From the sequence record OZ346201.1: DNA of 64,000 bases; one strand, written 5' to 3'. Source of the DNA: a phage. This document shows positions 18,781-27,420 of the stretch, in pieces. Numbering within the stretch: position 1 is the stretch's first letter; the number at the start of each line of letters is the position of its first letter. The position numbers and the translations under genes were made by a program. The notes under the pieces are model-generated. The model was not told the origin of the DNA and ran no database searches. It saw only the letters and a program-made list of their open reading frames with translations.

Positions 18781-19575
18781 TTATTTAACGTGTTTGAAAA
18801 TACCTGCCAACTCGGTCATTGTCATGCGGGTGGTCTTCATAAGATCTGTCATAGCTTTCTCCATAATTGGAGATACTACCATAAAGTTTCCTTTAGTGAA
18901 ACCTTTATTCCAGTCGGTCACCAACAGGGGTTTAAGTCCAGCTCCAAGACGTTCACCAGTTAAAGCACAGCATTTGCGAATATACGAACTCTTAAATTGG
19001 CTGAACGACAGATCAACTTTCATACCTACATCGTAGAACGTTTGACAATAGAAAGTGTAAGCTTTGGCAATCTCAACATCATCAGGTAGTGCAGGAACCT
19101 CTTCTGTAAGCTCCTCTTCGACCTCCTGAGTCTCTTTTTCCTCTTCATGCACCTGTTGCGTCATTTCTTCAATCTCTTCTGTGATAGGCTCGTTTACAAT
19201 GTCGGAAATGTGCTTCTTGGGTGCACGATAAGTAACTTTAGACATCGGTAGCATATCTTCCTCCTCTTCTTCGTCAAAGAGTGCTAGTTTATCCTCTTCC
19301 GTTCCATATTGCAAGATGAAATCTTCAAAAGTATAATCACCTTTCAATTTCTCCATACGCTCTTCGCTCAGGTGGAGCATCATCTGCTGGACAATTTTTC
19401 GATCAGTTTCGTCTTTAATCAAGACTGCAGTCTTTTTATCTACCAGACAGTCCTTTAGAGAGTTGCATCTCAATCCCACCACACAACAGTTATCAACCGC
19501 ATAAGGACCTTCATCATCTATCCGCTCCAGAGATGGGTAGAAAGGATTCCCCAGCCCGTTTTCATCTGTGTGCAT
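18781..19575 (-). CDS. hypothetical acidic protein
   Basis: 264 aa with Glu-rich centre; first 23 codons lie inside the left arm of the 254-bp palindrome; has an internal LPMSKVTYRAP segment duplicated at the start of the ORF at 20791. Confidence 0.5.
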   Translation of the reverse strand: MHTDENGLGNPFYPSLERIDDEGPYAVDNCCVVGLRCNSLKDCLVDKKTAVLIKDETDRKIVQQMMLHLSEERMEKLKGDYTFEDFILQYGTEEDKLALFDEEEEEDMLPMSKVTYRAPKKHISDIVNEPITEEIEEMTQQVHEEEKETQEVEEELTEEVPALPDDVEIAKAYTFYCQTFYDVGMKVDLSFSQFKSSYIRKCCALTGERLGAGLKPLLVTDWNKGFTKGNFMVVSPIMEKAMTDLMKTTRMTMTELAGIFKHVK

Positions 19576-19760
19576 GTCAAAAGGTATAAGGGTATAGTCG
19601 CATACTCCATCTCCTAAAAGTTTTTTACCAAATATTTGGTAAAAAACTTTTAGGAGATGGAGTATGCGACTATACCCTTATACCTTTTGACATGCACACA
19701 GATGAAAACGGGCTGGGGAATCCTTTCTACCCATCTCTGGAGCGGATAGATGATGAAGGT
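19507..19760. repeat. perfect 254-bp palindrome (two 127-bp inverted arms, no spacer)
   Basis: Right arm 19634-19760 is the exact reverse complement of left arm 19507-19633, checked block by block; centre ACCAAAT|ATTTGGT. Confidence 0.9.
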
Positions 19761-20502
19761 TATTGAGCGTAGATTGGTATCTGGGTCTGATAAGTGGACA
19801 TATTTAGATAATGAAGGACACACCTATTCCAATGGGTATGTCGATATAAAAGTAGAATACGCGGTATCATACCGCCGGAGCGGTTCTGTAACTTTCAACT
19901 TCTCTGGAGGTTTTCGATCTCTGGCTACCTCACCTTTTGTTTCCTCAGAGGAGAAGTATGAGCTGCCATTTCTTTGGATGATGGCTAACGCGACAGGAAA
20001 AACCCCCGTTAGCATCCGAGTAAAATACAACTACAACGGATCTAGTAAGATCTATGCCGAAAGTGTCTCAGCAAGTTTTTATTTTGTGATGGGGGATGGA
20101 ATCCTCAAACATATAAAGATGTGCGATATGCATGATGTTATAAATGAAGTGACTGATAAGAATGTTCTAGTGAAAGACCTCAACAATTTTTATACACCCG
20201 GAGACTATTACGTCAGCCGTCCACTGTGCATCTTTAATGCCGCACACCCTCTAGGTGAGTATTTGATCGCCAATAGCGATATTGCCAATAACCGCTTCGA
20301 GGTAGCAAGAGTTCAGAATGAGGTATTGACATCTTGCAAGAGCGGTGATAAGTTTACCGAAGAAGAGATGGGTGTTTTAGAAATGATGGGATATAAGTGT
20401 AGCCTTTGGGTAGATGAGGTGTTCAATGATTGCATCTATGGACAGGATATTTACCCATTAAAGAAGTATACTGATTCCAGTTTAATTTACGCGGAGATTT
20501 GA
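19750..20502 (+). CDS. hypothetical protein
   Basis: 250-aa ORF; start codon lies in the last 11 nt of the palindrome right arm. Confidence 0.55.
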   Translation: MMKVIERRLVSGSDKWTYLDNEGHTYSNGYVDIKVEYAVSYRRSGSVTFNFSGGFRSLATSPFVSSEEKYELPFLWMMANATGKTPVSIRVKYNYNGSSKIYAESVSASFYFVMGDGILKHIKMCDMHDVINEVTDKNVLVKDLNNFYTPGDYYVSRPLCIFNAAHPLGEYLIANSDIANNRFEVARVQNEVLTSCKSGDKFTEEEMGVLEMMGYKCSLWVDEVFNDCIYGQDIYPLKKYTDSSLIYAEI

Positions 20503-20777
20503 CTATGATGAAGTCATGTGGTAGTGTATATTATGTTGGTGAGAATGTTCAGGCAGATAGTGTGTGGAAATCCATTAAGTCCACCACCGATGATGCCTTT
20601 CTGAGCGGGTTATGTTTTCCCAGCCCAGGGGACACTCTCCCTTACCCTGGAGATTTTGTTGTCAACAAGATGGACGGTTATACCGTGTGCCTGATGGTTG
20701 AAAAAATCTTTTTAGACACTAGACACAATCACCGTCTTGTGTTAAAATTTCAAGAATGTAAAATGACAATTGCCTAA
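20499..20777 (+). CDS. hypothetical protein
   Basis: 92-aa ORF overlapping stop of upstream gene. Confidence 0.5.
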   Translation: MTMMKSCGSVYYVGENVQADSVWKSIKSTTDDAFLSGLCFPSPGDTLPYPGDFVVNKMDGYTVCLMVEKIFLDTRHNHRLVLKFQECKMTIA

Positions 20778-20790
20778 GGAGACCTTGCCG

Positions 20791-21147
20791 ATGTCTAAAG
20801 TTACTTATCGTGCAGCTATTTACTGCAATGAACACCCAATCAATAATGATGGTCACTGCCTTTTTAAAGAAAATCAATTGGGCTGTATTGTCCTCCCTGA
20901 TGAAGGGGAAGGTTATCTGATTGCGTTGACAGGGTTTGAACCTGAAGCTCTGGAAGCCAATCTTGACTACCTGGTAGAGGAGGGTGCTGCAGACCTGGTT
21001 GCCAATGGCCTCTCCATAAGCCTTGACGAAGTGGAGCGCTTCATGGGCAATTACCGTGTAGTGCGTGAGTTTACTATCGAGGTGGAAACTCCCGAGTGGG
21101 GTAGCCATGAAACTAATGCCGAAGAAAAAGAAGAGGAGGTAGAATAA
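20791..21147 (+). CDS. hypothetical acidic protein
   Basis: ATG at 20791 with AAGGAGA 8 nt upstream preferred over track start 20770; N-terminus MSKVTYRA is encoded by a 27-bp segment also present inverted at 19222-19248. Confidence 0.5.
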   Translation: MSKVTYRAAIYCNEHPINNDGHCLFKENQLGCIVLPDEGEGYLIALTGFEPEALEANLDYLVEEGAADLVANGLSISLDEVERFMGNYRVVREFTIEVETPEWGSHETNAEEKEEEVE

Positions 21148-21404
21148 TGAAAGTGCAGATCTTGACTAATGCCGAGAAGATGTTTATTGAAGATACACCT
21201 TTTGAAGCTGGTGAGCTACAGTTCGTTTATTTTGTTGACTTAGATAAGGTGTTTCCTGCACTGAATCTAGGTTTGGATGAAGTTCCTCATAAGGTTTTGT
21301 GCCAAGTTGTTCGTGCCTTAGCGGCAGAGGGGGAGTTCCACACCCTTCAAGATATCCAGACCTACGGGTATCTTGAACTACAACGAGAAGAAGAGGTGGA
21401 CTGA
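21147..21404 (+). CDS. hypothetical protein
   Basis: 85-aa ORF, ATGA-type overlap with upstream gene. Confidence 0.5.
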   Translation: MKVQILTNAEKMFIEDTPFEAGELQFVYFVDLDKVFPALNLGLDEVPHKVLCQVVRALAAEGEFHTLQDIQTYGYLELQREEEVD

Positions 21405-21406
21405 TA

Positions 21407-21787
21407 ATGGCTCAGTGGAAGACAACAGTTGACCTTCATGATCAGTGGTTAGGACGCATCACTGAAGACGGGAAGCTAGTGGAGTGGGACAATAAGCATG
21501 TTAGCGAGTTGGCAAGTATTGTGGCTGGCAAGTTACGCTCCAAGTTCCCTGAACAACTGGATCCTGATAGTTCAAAGTTCGATCCTGAGTTAGAGGATGT
21601 TGTATACTACTTCGACACCGTTGATGACTACGACGCGTGGTTTGCAGCACGGGAGCTTTACCCACAAGGCTCTGCTATGCGCCAGATGGAAGAAGATTAT
21701 CCTCCGTGTGAGCAATTCAATAGTGCAATGACTTGCCTCTATGATTGGGCAGATAAGAACCTTGTCTGGATTCGGACTGCATTTTAG
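21407..21787 (+). CDS. hypothetical protein
   Basis: 126-aa ORF. Confidence 0.5.
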   Translation: MAQWKTTVDLHDQWLGRITEDGKLVEWDNKHVSELASIVAGKLRSKFPEQLDPDSSKFDPELEDVVYYFDTVDDYDAWFAARELYPQGSAMRQMEEDYPPCEQFNSAMTCLYDWADKNLVWIRTAF

Positions 21788-21831
21788 TGGGCAGGAATGG
21801 CGGCAAGGATGCTGCTTAAGGAGTAGTAGAG

Positions 21832-22101
21832 ATGTTATACCAGCAATATGAACTTCGTGCAGAAAAAGAGTTAAATTTTGACAAAGATATTCACAGATAT
21901 TATTATGGGAAAGTTAGAGGGCAAGCAAGAAAGTGTACTCCAACACTCTTTTATGCCAGCAGACGACTAGCGCCAGAAGAGGCAACAGCAGAAAGGGTTG
22001 CGTACAACTGGAGAGTCACGTATGATATTGACAGATTCGATGTGATATCTGTTTTGGAAAACTTTGAAAACACTTACACACAAGTAGAGGACTTTTACTA
22101 A
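21832..22101 (+). CDS. hypothetical protein
   Basis: 89-aa ORF. Confidence 0.5.
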   Translation: MLYQQYELRAEKELNFDKDIHRYYYGKVRGQARKCTPTLFYASRRLAPEEATAERVAYNWRVTYDIDRFDVISVLENFENTYTQVEDFY

Positions 22102-23285
22102 TGTCAAGAAACGTATTCGAAAGTGGTCAAATCACTGTCCGTGAGTTGCCAGCTATTATTCAGTTTGCCCAACGTCATAGCCGATCTGTCCTAATTTTGG
22201 GACCAATGGGTGTGGGTAAAAGCCAGGTGATGAAGCAGATCGCTGATAATATGTTCGGTGAGCGAGATGACAACCTTGTTGACGTGCGACTGTCAGATAA
22301 AGATCCTGCCGACTTATCTGGGCTACCTATCCCTGTAGAAGCGGATGGAACTACACGTACAGTGTTTGCAATTCCAGAATTTTGGCCTGCGGATCCTGAC
22401 TGGAGCGGAATTATCTTTCTGGATGAGCTCACTCATGCAGATAACTACCTGCAAAAGGTTGCAATGCAAATTATGCTTGACCACAAGTGCGGCACCTATG
22501 CATTCCCTAAGGGTTCTGTTTTTGTGGCTGCGGGTAACCGTTCTACAGATGGTGCGGTTCTTTCGGCGCTCGAAGCCCCTCTGGCTAACCGTTTTATCAT
22601 TGTAGAGGTTACAAGCAATGCAGAGGTGTTTATTGAGGACTACGCATTCCTCAACGGGGTTCACTCCTCTGTAATTGGGTATCTGAAAAGAGTTCCATCA
22701 GCTATTGATAATTATGAGGCTATGGCTGAGATTAATTGTCCATCTTTTGCCACACCACGATCTTGGGTTGCTGCATCTGACATCTTGCACGATTTTGACA
22801 GCGGTATTATTTCTGACGCTATGGCCCGTGTTCTTCTACAAGGTGCTATTGGTCACACTGCAGCGGTAGAGATCTGGACTTACCACACCAAGAAACGTAA
22901 TTTACCGGAAATCGGTCGGATTATGGCAGGTGGCTGCAAAGAATACGTAGGTCCTAAGCAGCCAGACATTTTGTGGATTCTTGGATCTGAAGGTTGTATC
23001 GCTATTCGCAATATGATGGAAAATGCAAGTATCTCCGACGAAGATCTTGTTAGCTGTGTGGCAAACTTCCTCGATTTCCTTTGGGAAAATTTCAAGGACG
23101 AGAACCGAGATTTTGTATTCTCAGTCTTTATGGCGATGATGAAACCTAACGCCTTAGGAAATGCCTTGCTTATCGGTAAAGGGCGTGACAAGATTGTTGC
23201 TCAGTTGATCAAAGCATATCCAAACCTGATGAAGATTGTAAAAGAGTTTGGTGAAGAGTTTAGCGCCATTTTGGCTAAAGCTTAA
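22101..23285 (+). CDS. MoxR/CobS-like AAA+ ATPase
   Basis: Walker A GPMGVGKSQ, Walker B IIFLDELTHAD, MoxR-type PLANRF segment. Confidence 0.8.
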   Translation: MSRNVFESGQITVRELPAIIQFAQRHSRSVLILGPMGVGKSQVMKQIADNMFGERDDNLVDVRLSDKDPADLSGLPIPVEADGTTRTVFAIPEFWPADPDWSGIIFLDELTHADNYLQKVAMQIMLDHKCGTYAFPKGSVFVAAGNRSTDGAVLSALEAPLANRFIIVEVTSNAEVFIEDYAFLNGVHSSVIGYLKRVPSAIDNYEAMAEINCPSFATPRSWVAASDILHDFDSGIISDAMARVLLQGAIGHTAAVEIWTYHTKKRNLPEIGRIMAGGCKEYVGPKQPDILWILGSEGCIAIRNMMENASISDEDLVSCVANFLDFLWENFKDENRDFVFSVFMAMMKPNALGNALLIGKGRDKIVAQLIKAYPNLMKIVKEFGEEFSAILAKA

Positions 23286-23294
23286 GGGGGTTGT

Positions 23295-23675
23295 ATGGCT
23301 AAAGTAGGTAAGCGGGGAAACTACCTGGTGGTATTGACCGAGGAGCCGGAGAAGGAGTACGAGTGCAGCTCCACTTGCGTGATCGATATCCGAGAAAAGG
23401 ATGTGGATGAAATCTGGTTTGAAATATTAGACGCTTGCGACAGCAGTGATTATTTCTTCATCTATGTCAACGATAAGGCTGGATTCTTCCATGACGACGG
23501 AGAGTTGCCGTATGAAATCTATGAACTTGTAGAGGCTTGCCATCGTGGAGATGCGGAGTTGTTTGGCCTACGGCTGAAAAGCGGTAAATTCTTCTATCAA
23601 GATGAGTGCATGAATCTTCATAACTTTGTAGAGGGAACTTGCAACGATGGAGAGATTTTGGCACACTACGATTAA
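23295..23675 (+). CDS. hypothetical protein
   Basis: 126-aa acidic ORF, SD GGGGG; followed by terminator. Confidence 0.5.
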   Translation: MAKVGKRGNYLVVLTEEPEKEYECSSTCVIDIREKDVDEIWFEILDACDSSDYFFIYVNDKAGFFHDDGELPYEIYELVEACHRGDAELFGLRLKSGKFFYQDECMNLHNFVEGTCNDGEILAHYD

Positions 23676-23688
23676 TTTCTAAGACCTC

Positions 23689-23712
23689 CCCCGCTTCGGC
23701 GGGGATTTTCTA
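23689..23712 (+). terminator. rho-independent terminator
   Basis: CCCCGC-TTCG-GCGGGG hairpin followed by ATTTTCTATTT. Confidence 0.75.
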
Positions 23713-23724
23713 TTTGGAGTCATT

Positions 23725-24225
23725 GTGAAAATTAAGATCTTTGCTATTATTTTGAGCGCACTTTTATCGCTGCCTGTTGTTGCAGCACCAAAACAAAAAG
23801 TATATCATACTTGCAAGCCATCAGATACTAAGGAAAACATTCTGGCATGCAATATCTACAGGGAAGCTAGAGGAGATGGCACGATGGGTATGCTGGCATC
23901 TGGGTTTGCCACACTAAACAGGAAATCCCACCCTAAATACCCAGACACTATAAGAAAGATTGTCTACCAACCTAACCAGTTTTCGTGGACAAACCACGGC
24001 AAAACTTTTAAGGTGACAGAAAAAGATTCATGGGATCACGCTAAAAGTCTTGCAAAGATGCTTCTAAAGGTCTATAATAACAACCATGTTGCATACATGG
24101 CTATGGACATAACAGGTGGAGCAACACACTACCATACAACCAAAGTACGACCGAAATGGGCAAAAAAGATGCAGAGGACAGCTCAATTCGGGAGCCATAT
24201 CTACTACAAGGAGCGCAATAAATGA
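23725..24225 (+). CDS. secreted SleB-like cell-wall hydrolase (lysis-enzyme candidate)
   Basis: GTG start; N-terminal signal peptide MKIKIFAIILSALLSLPVVAAP; ..CNIYREARGDG..YQPNQFSWT.. resembles the SleB / hydrolase_2 family. Confidence 0.65.
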   Translation: MKIKIFAIILSALLSLPVVAAPKQKVYHTCKPSDTKENILACNIYREARGDGTMGMLASGFATLNRKSHPKYPDTIRKIVYQPNQFSWTNHGKTFKVTEKDSWDHAKSLAKMLLKVYNNNHVAYMAMDITGGATHYHTTKVRPKWAKKMQRTAQFGSHIYYKERNK

Positions 24226-26204
24226 TCGTAAACAGTAATGAAACTAAAGCGGTACTAACCGGGAATATGGAGGTCACCAGGGGCTCAATTTCTCTGAACA
24301 AAGAGACTTTTGGGCTAATCATTAAAGGGATTTACGAAGATAAGGTGCTGGCAAGCTGCCGTGAACCAATCTTCAATGCCGTGGACTCCCATGTTGAGTC
24401 TGGACGGGGTGATGTACCGATCATTATTCACTCTCCTACAGACCTTGAACCATACTTCTTTGTGCAGGACGTTGGATTGGGCATGTCAGAAGAGATGGTC
24501 CGCAACACTTTCATGAACCTCGGGGAGTCAACCAAGCGCAACAGCAACGCTCTGGTAGGTAATAAAGGTGTTGGTTCAAAGGCTCCGTTCAGCATGGTGG
24601 ACACTTTCGATGTTATCAGTGTGCACAATGGTGTTGAAAGCACATATCTATTGTTCTTGGATCAGGGTATCCCAAACGTTACCAAGATCCGTGAGCGGAA
24701 GACTGAAGAGCACAACGGGGTAAAAGTTCAGTTCCATGTTAAGAAAGAGCATGTCCTGAAATATCGCACTGCTATTGCATCGTGCTTACGCTATGCGAAG
24801 TTTCCGTTCATCGTCACCGATCCTATGACCAGTAAGATGTTAGAAGGTGACAAGGTTGAGGCACAGTATCATTACGAGAAGGATGGCTGGAAAATGACCA
24901 TCCTGAAAGGTTATACCAGTTCTGATGAGAGCCGTGTTGTGATGGGTCACCAACCTTACCGCTCCAAGTTCCTGGAGACATTGACCGATTACCCTGCAAT
25001 CTGCGTGGAAATTCCTATTGGGGATTGCAATATTAACCCTGGGCGTGAATGGACCATAGAGGGCCATGACGACGGTGGATTCCAGGATCGCCTGGAGGCC
25101 TTTGTCAAAGAAGGTATACGTCTTCGCGGGGCAGAAGTTGTTGCAGAACTGGAGACGGCAAAAACCTCCGCAGAAGCACGTGAAATGATGAAGAATAGTG
25201 GAGTGTTCGGACACATCTTCGGCAAAAACTTTATGTGGAACCGTTGGGAAGAAACAGGGCTTGGCGACTTAGGCGATTGTGAAATTTTCGCTGGCGGCTT
25301 AAATAAAGGCCGCATAGGCTATGCTCGTTACGGAAAGTCGGAGTTCTTACGAGGTGTATACCTTGTATTTAACGACGGAGACGGCAAATATAACCGGAAT
25401 AAGTGTAACTACTTAAGCGAGATCACCGGACGCAACGTTTTCTATTGCCGGAACACGGATCTGGTGAAAGAGTTTAAAGAGGCGGCACACCATCCGTTCT
25501 TTGCAGATACGGTCAAATTGTTATCGGAGCTTCCACGCCGACCTGCGAAGAAAGGTGAAACCAAAACTCGATACGAGCCAGGCTACTGGGTTAAGAAGCT
25601 TAGAGAGGATGGCTACTTCCATCGTGAGCGCCTCACGAAGGCAGAGTTCAAGAAGATTAAGCATTGCATCCCTTATGAGGGGGATATCCAACGGGGAAGC
25701 TGCTGGCTGGGCCAGATGAGTAACATCTACCAGCAAAATTATGACCGTGTGCGTGCGGCACTCCAGATTCCTGAAGGGGAAGACCTGTACCTGGTATCAG
25801 AATCCCGTCTGCTTTGGACTGATCCTGATTGCCAGTATGTTACAGAGAAAAATGTGGAACATTTGTTGAAAGAGGACGCCTGGAAATTCTTACTGACTCG
25901 CGCAGCAAATGAAACTTCATATGACAACCTGTATAGACAATTAGGGAAAATTATCCCCATGCAGGATTTTGGAAATTATCGGCCACATTTCCACAAGTGG
26001 GAAGGTAACACCGCGTGGAAGCACAGTGAGCTAAATCATCGTGCCAAAATCTTAATCGCCAACCGGGTTAAGTGCGGGAAGGCCTATATTGCAAGATTGG
26101 AAAAGAAATATCCACTTTTGAAGCATGTGGGCTTGAAATATTGGGACACTTCTGCTATGATTGAATACCGTGAACTGATCGATACAAAGAATAACATCAA
26201 ATAA
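24222..26204 (+). CDS. rIIA: rIIA-like protein (GHKL ATPase fold)
   Basis: N-terminal region aligns with T4 rIIA: ..VQDVGLGMSEEM.. and GVGSKAPFSMVDTFDVISVH versus T4 [20 protein letters not shown]. Confidence 0.8.
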   Translation: MIVNSNETKAVLTGNMEVTRGSISLNKETFGLIIKGIYEDKVLASCREPIFNAVDSHVESGRGDVPIIIHSPTDLEPYFFVQDVGLGMSEEMVRNTFMNLGESTKRNSNALVGNKGVGSKAPFSMVDTFDVISVHNGVESTYLLFLDQGIPNVTKIRERKTEEHNGVKVQFHVKKEHVLKYRTAIASCLRYAKFPFIVTDPMTSKMLEGDKVEAQYHYEKDGWKMTILKGYTSSDESRVVMGHQPYRSKFLETLTDYPAICVEIPIGDCNINPGREWTIEGHDDGGFQDRLEAFVKEGIRLRGAEVVAELETAKTSAEAREMMKNSGVFGHIFGKNFMWNRWEETGLGDLGDCEIFAGGLNKGRIGYARYGKSEFLRGVYLVFNDGDGKYNRNKCNYLSEITGRNVFYCRNTDLVKEFKEAAHHPFFADTVKLLSELPRRPAKKGETKTRYEPGYWVKKLREDGYFHRERLTKAEFKKIKHCIPYEGDIQRGSCWLGQMSNIYQQNYDRVRAALQIPEGEDLYLVSESRLLWTDPDCQYVTEKNVEHLLKEDAWKFLLTRAANETSYDNLYRQLGKIIPMQDFGNYRPHFHKWEGNTAWKHSELNHRAKILIANRVKCGKAYIARLEKKYPLLKHVGLKYWDTSAMIEYRELIDTKNNIK

Positions 26205-26214
26205 GGAGACCAAG

Positions 26215-27420
26215 ATGATTTTCATCTACGAACATTTCAAAACCCGTAAAGAAGCACGAGACCGCCGTGCAGAACTTGAGAAGAAGGGTTTCACATGTGC
26301 CATTGAGAAAGGCGACACAACCTGGACACTGGCAGTGGGTGCCCCAGAGTTGTTCGATCCTGACCGTGACAGCGTCTGCTACACCCGTGAGGATTTTGAA
26401 ACCCGCGAAGAGGCCCGTTTATCCCGCTATGGATTGGAAGATAATGGTAAGTACGCCATGATCTTAGACTTAGGCGAAGGTTCCGTTAAACGTTGGGGCG
26501 TGGTATACCCACTGTGTGTTGTTCACGGTGTGGGGTTCACTGGGGTGGCAATCAAGTCAGAAGAACCTTTAGTAGAAGTTAAAGATCCGGTGCTGGAGGT
26601 GGTGAGCAGTGTGTCTCAGCAACAAACTCGAAGCATCGAGCCTTTGGTAGTTATTTGTGGGGAACTCCTCCAGATCACCTGCAACGAAGGCATTTTTGAA
26701 ATTCGCCGCAGCGAAAGTGAGGAAGTTTACCAGAAAGTCTTCGACCATATCTCTGTTCAGGAATATGACGAGGCAATTGGTGAAATCCTTGTCTGGCTGG
26801 AACGCAAGAATGAGTTCACCACACTTGCAGACAACCTGATCATGAAAGATGGTAAGCTCTACTACTACGGTGTAGAGATGCGATCCACCATTGCAAAGAA
26901 AATTGAGAAAGATTATGCAGACGGAACGCTGGATGACCGCTATGTGAAATTCCTCGTTCGCCTGCTACGCAATCCTTCTGCAAAATCTGTAAACATGCTC
27001 TACGATTTTATGCAGGCCAATGATATTCAGATTGCAGAAGATGGTCGAATCATTTGCTACAAAGGGGTTCAGTTTAACGGTAGCAAGTGGGTGGATTGGC
27101 ACAGTGGTAAAGTCCCACAATACCAAGGTGCTTTTGTATCCATGCCTCGTAACTTTGTAGAGGATGATCCTGAAGCTGCGTGCTCCTATGGCTTACACTG
27201 CGCCAGCAAAGAGTATGCGAAGAGCTACGGCACTGTAATGCCTGTCATGGTTGACCCTGCAGATGTGGTTAGTGTGCCATACCAACACAATAGCGCTAAG
27301 TGCCGTGCATGCCGCTATGAGATTGTGGTAGCTCCGGAAGCACGCAAGGACGGAGACCCGATTGAATACGTGGTTGACCGAGACGGTAACACTATCGACA
27401 TTCTTTACGAGGAGGCGTAA
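26215..27420 (+). CDS. rIIB: rIIB-like protein
   Basis: C-terminal block SYGLHCASKEY..ADVVSVPYQHNSAKCRACRYEIV matches T4 rIIB SYGLHVCSKSY..RDVVSIPIDYNDAKMRTCQYEVV; directly downstream of rIIA. Confidence 0.8.
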   Translation: MIFIYEHFKTRKEARDRRAELEKKGFTCAIEKGDTTWTLAVGAPELFDPDRDSVCYTREDFETREEARLSRYGLEDNGKYAMILDLGEGSVKRWGVVYPLCVVHGVGFTGVAIKSEEPLVEVKDPVLEVVSSVSQQQTRSIEPLVVICGELLQITCNEGIFEIRRSESEEVYQKVFDHISVQEYDEAIGEILVWLERKNEFTTLADNLIMKDGKLYYYGVEMRSTIAKKIEKDYADGTLDDRYVKFLVRLLRNPSAKSVNMLYDFMQANDIQIAEDGRIICYKGVQFNGSKWVDWHSGKVPQYQGAFVSMPRNFVEDDPEAACSYGLHCASKEYAKSYGTVMPVMVDPADVVSVPYQHNSAKCRACRYEIVVAPEARKDGDPIEYVVDRDGNTIDILYEEA

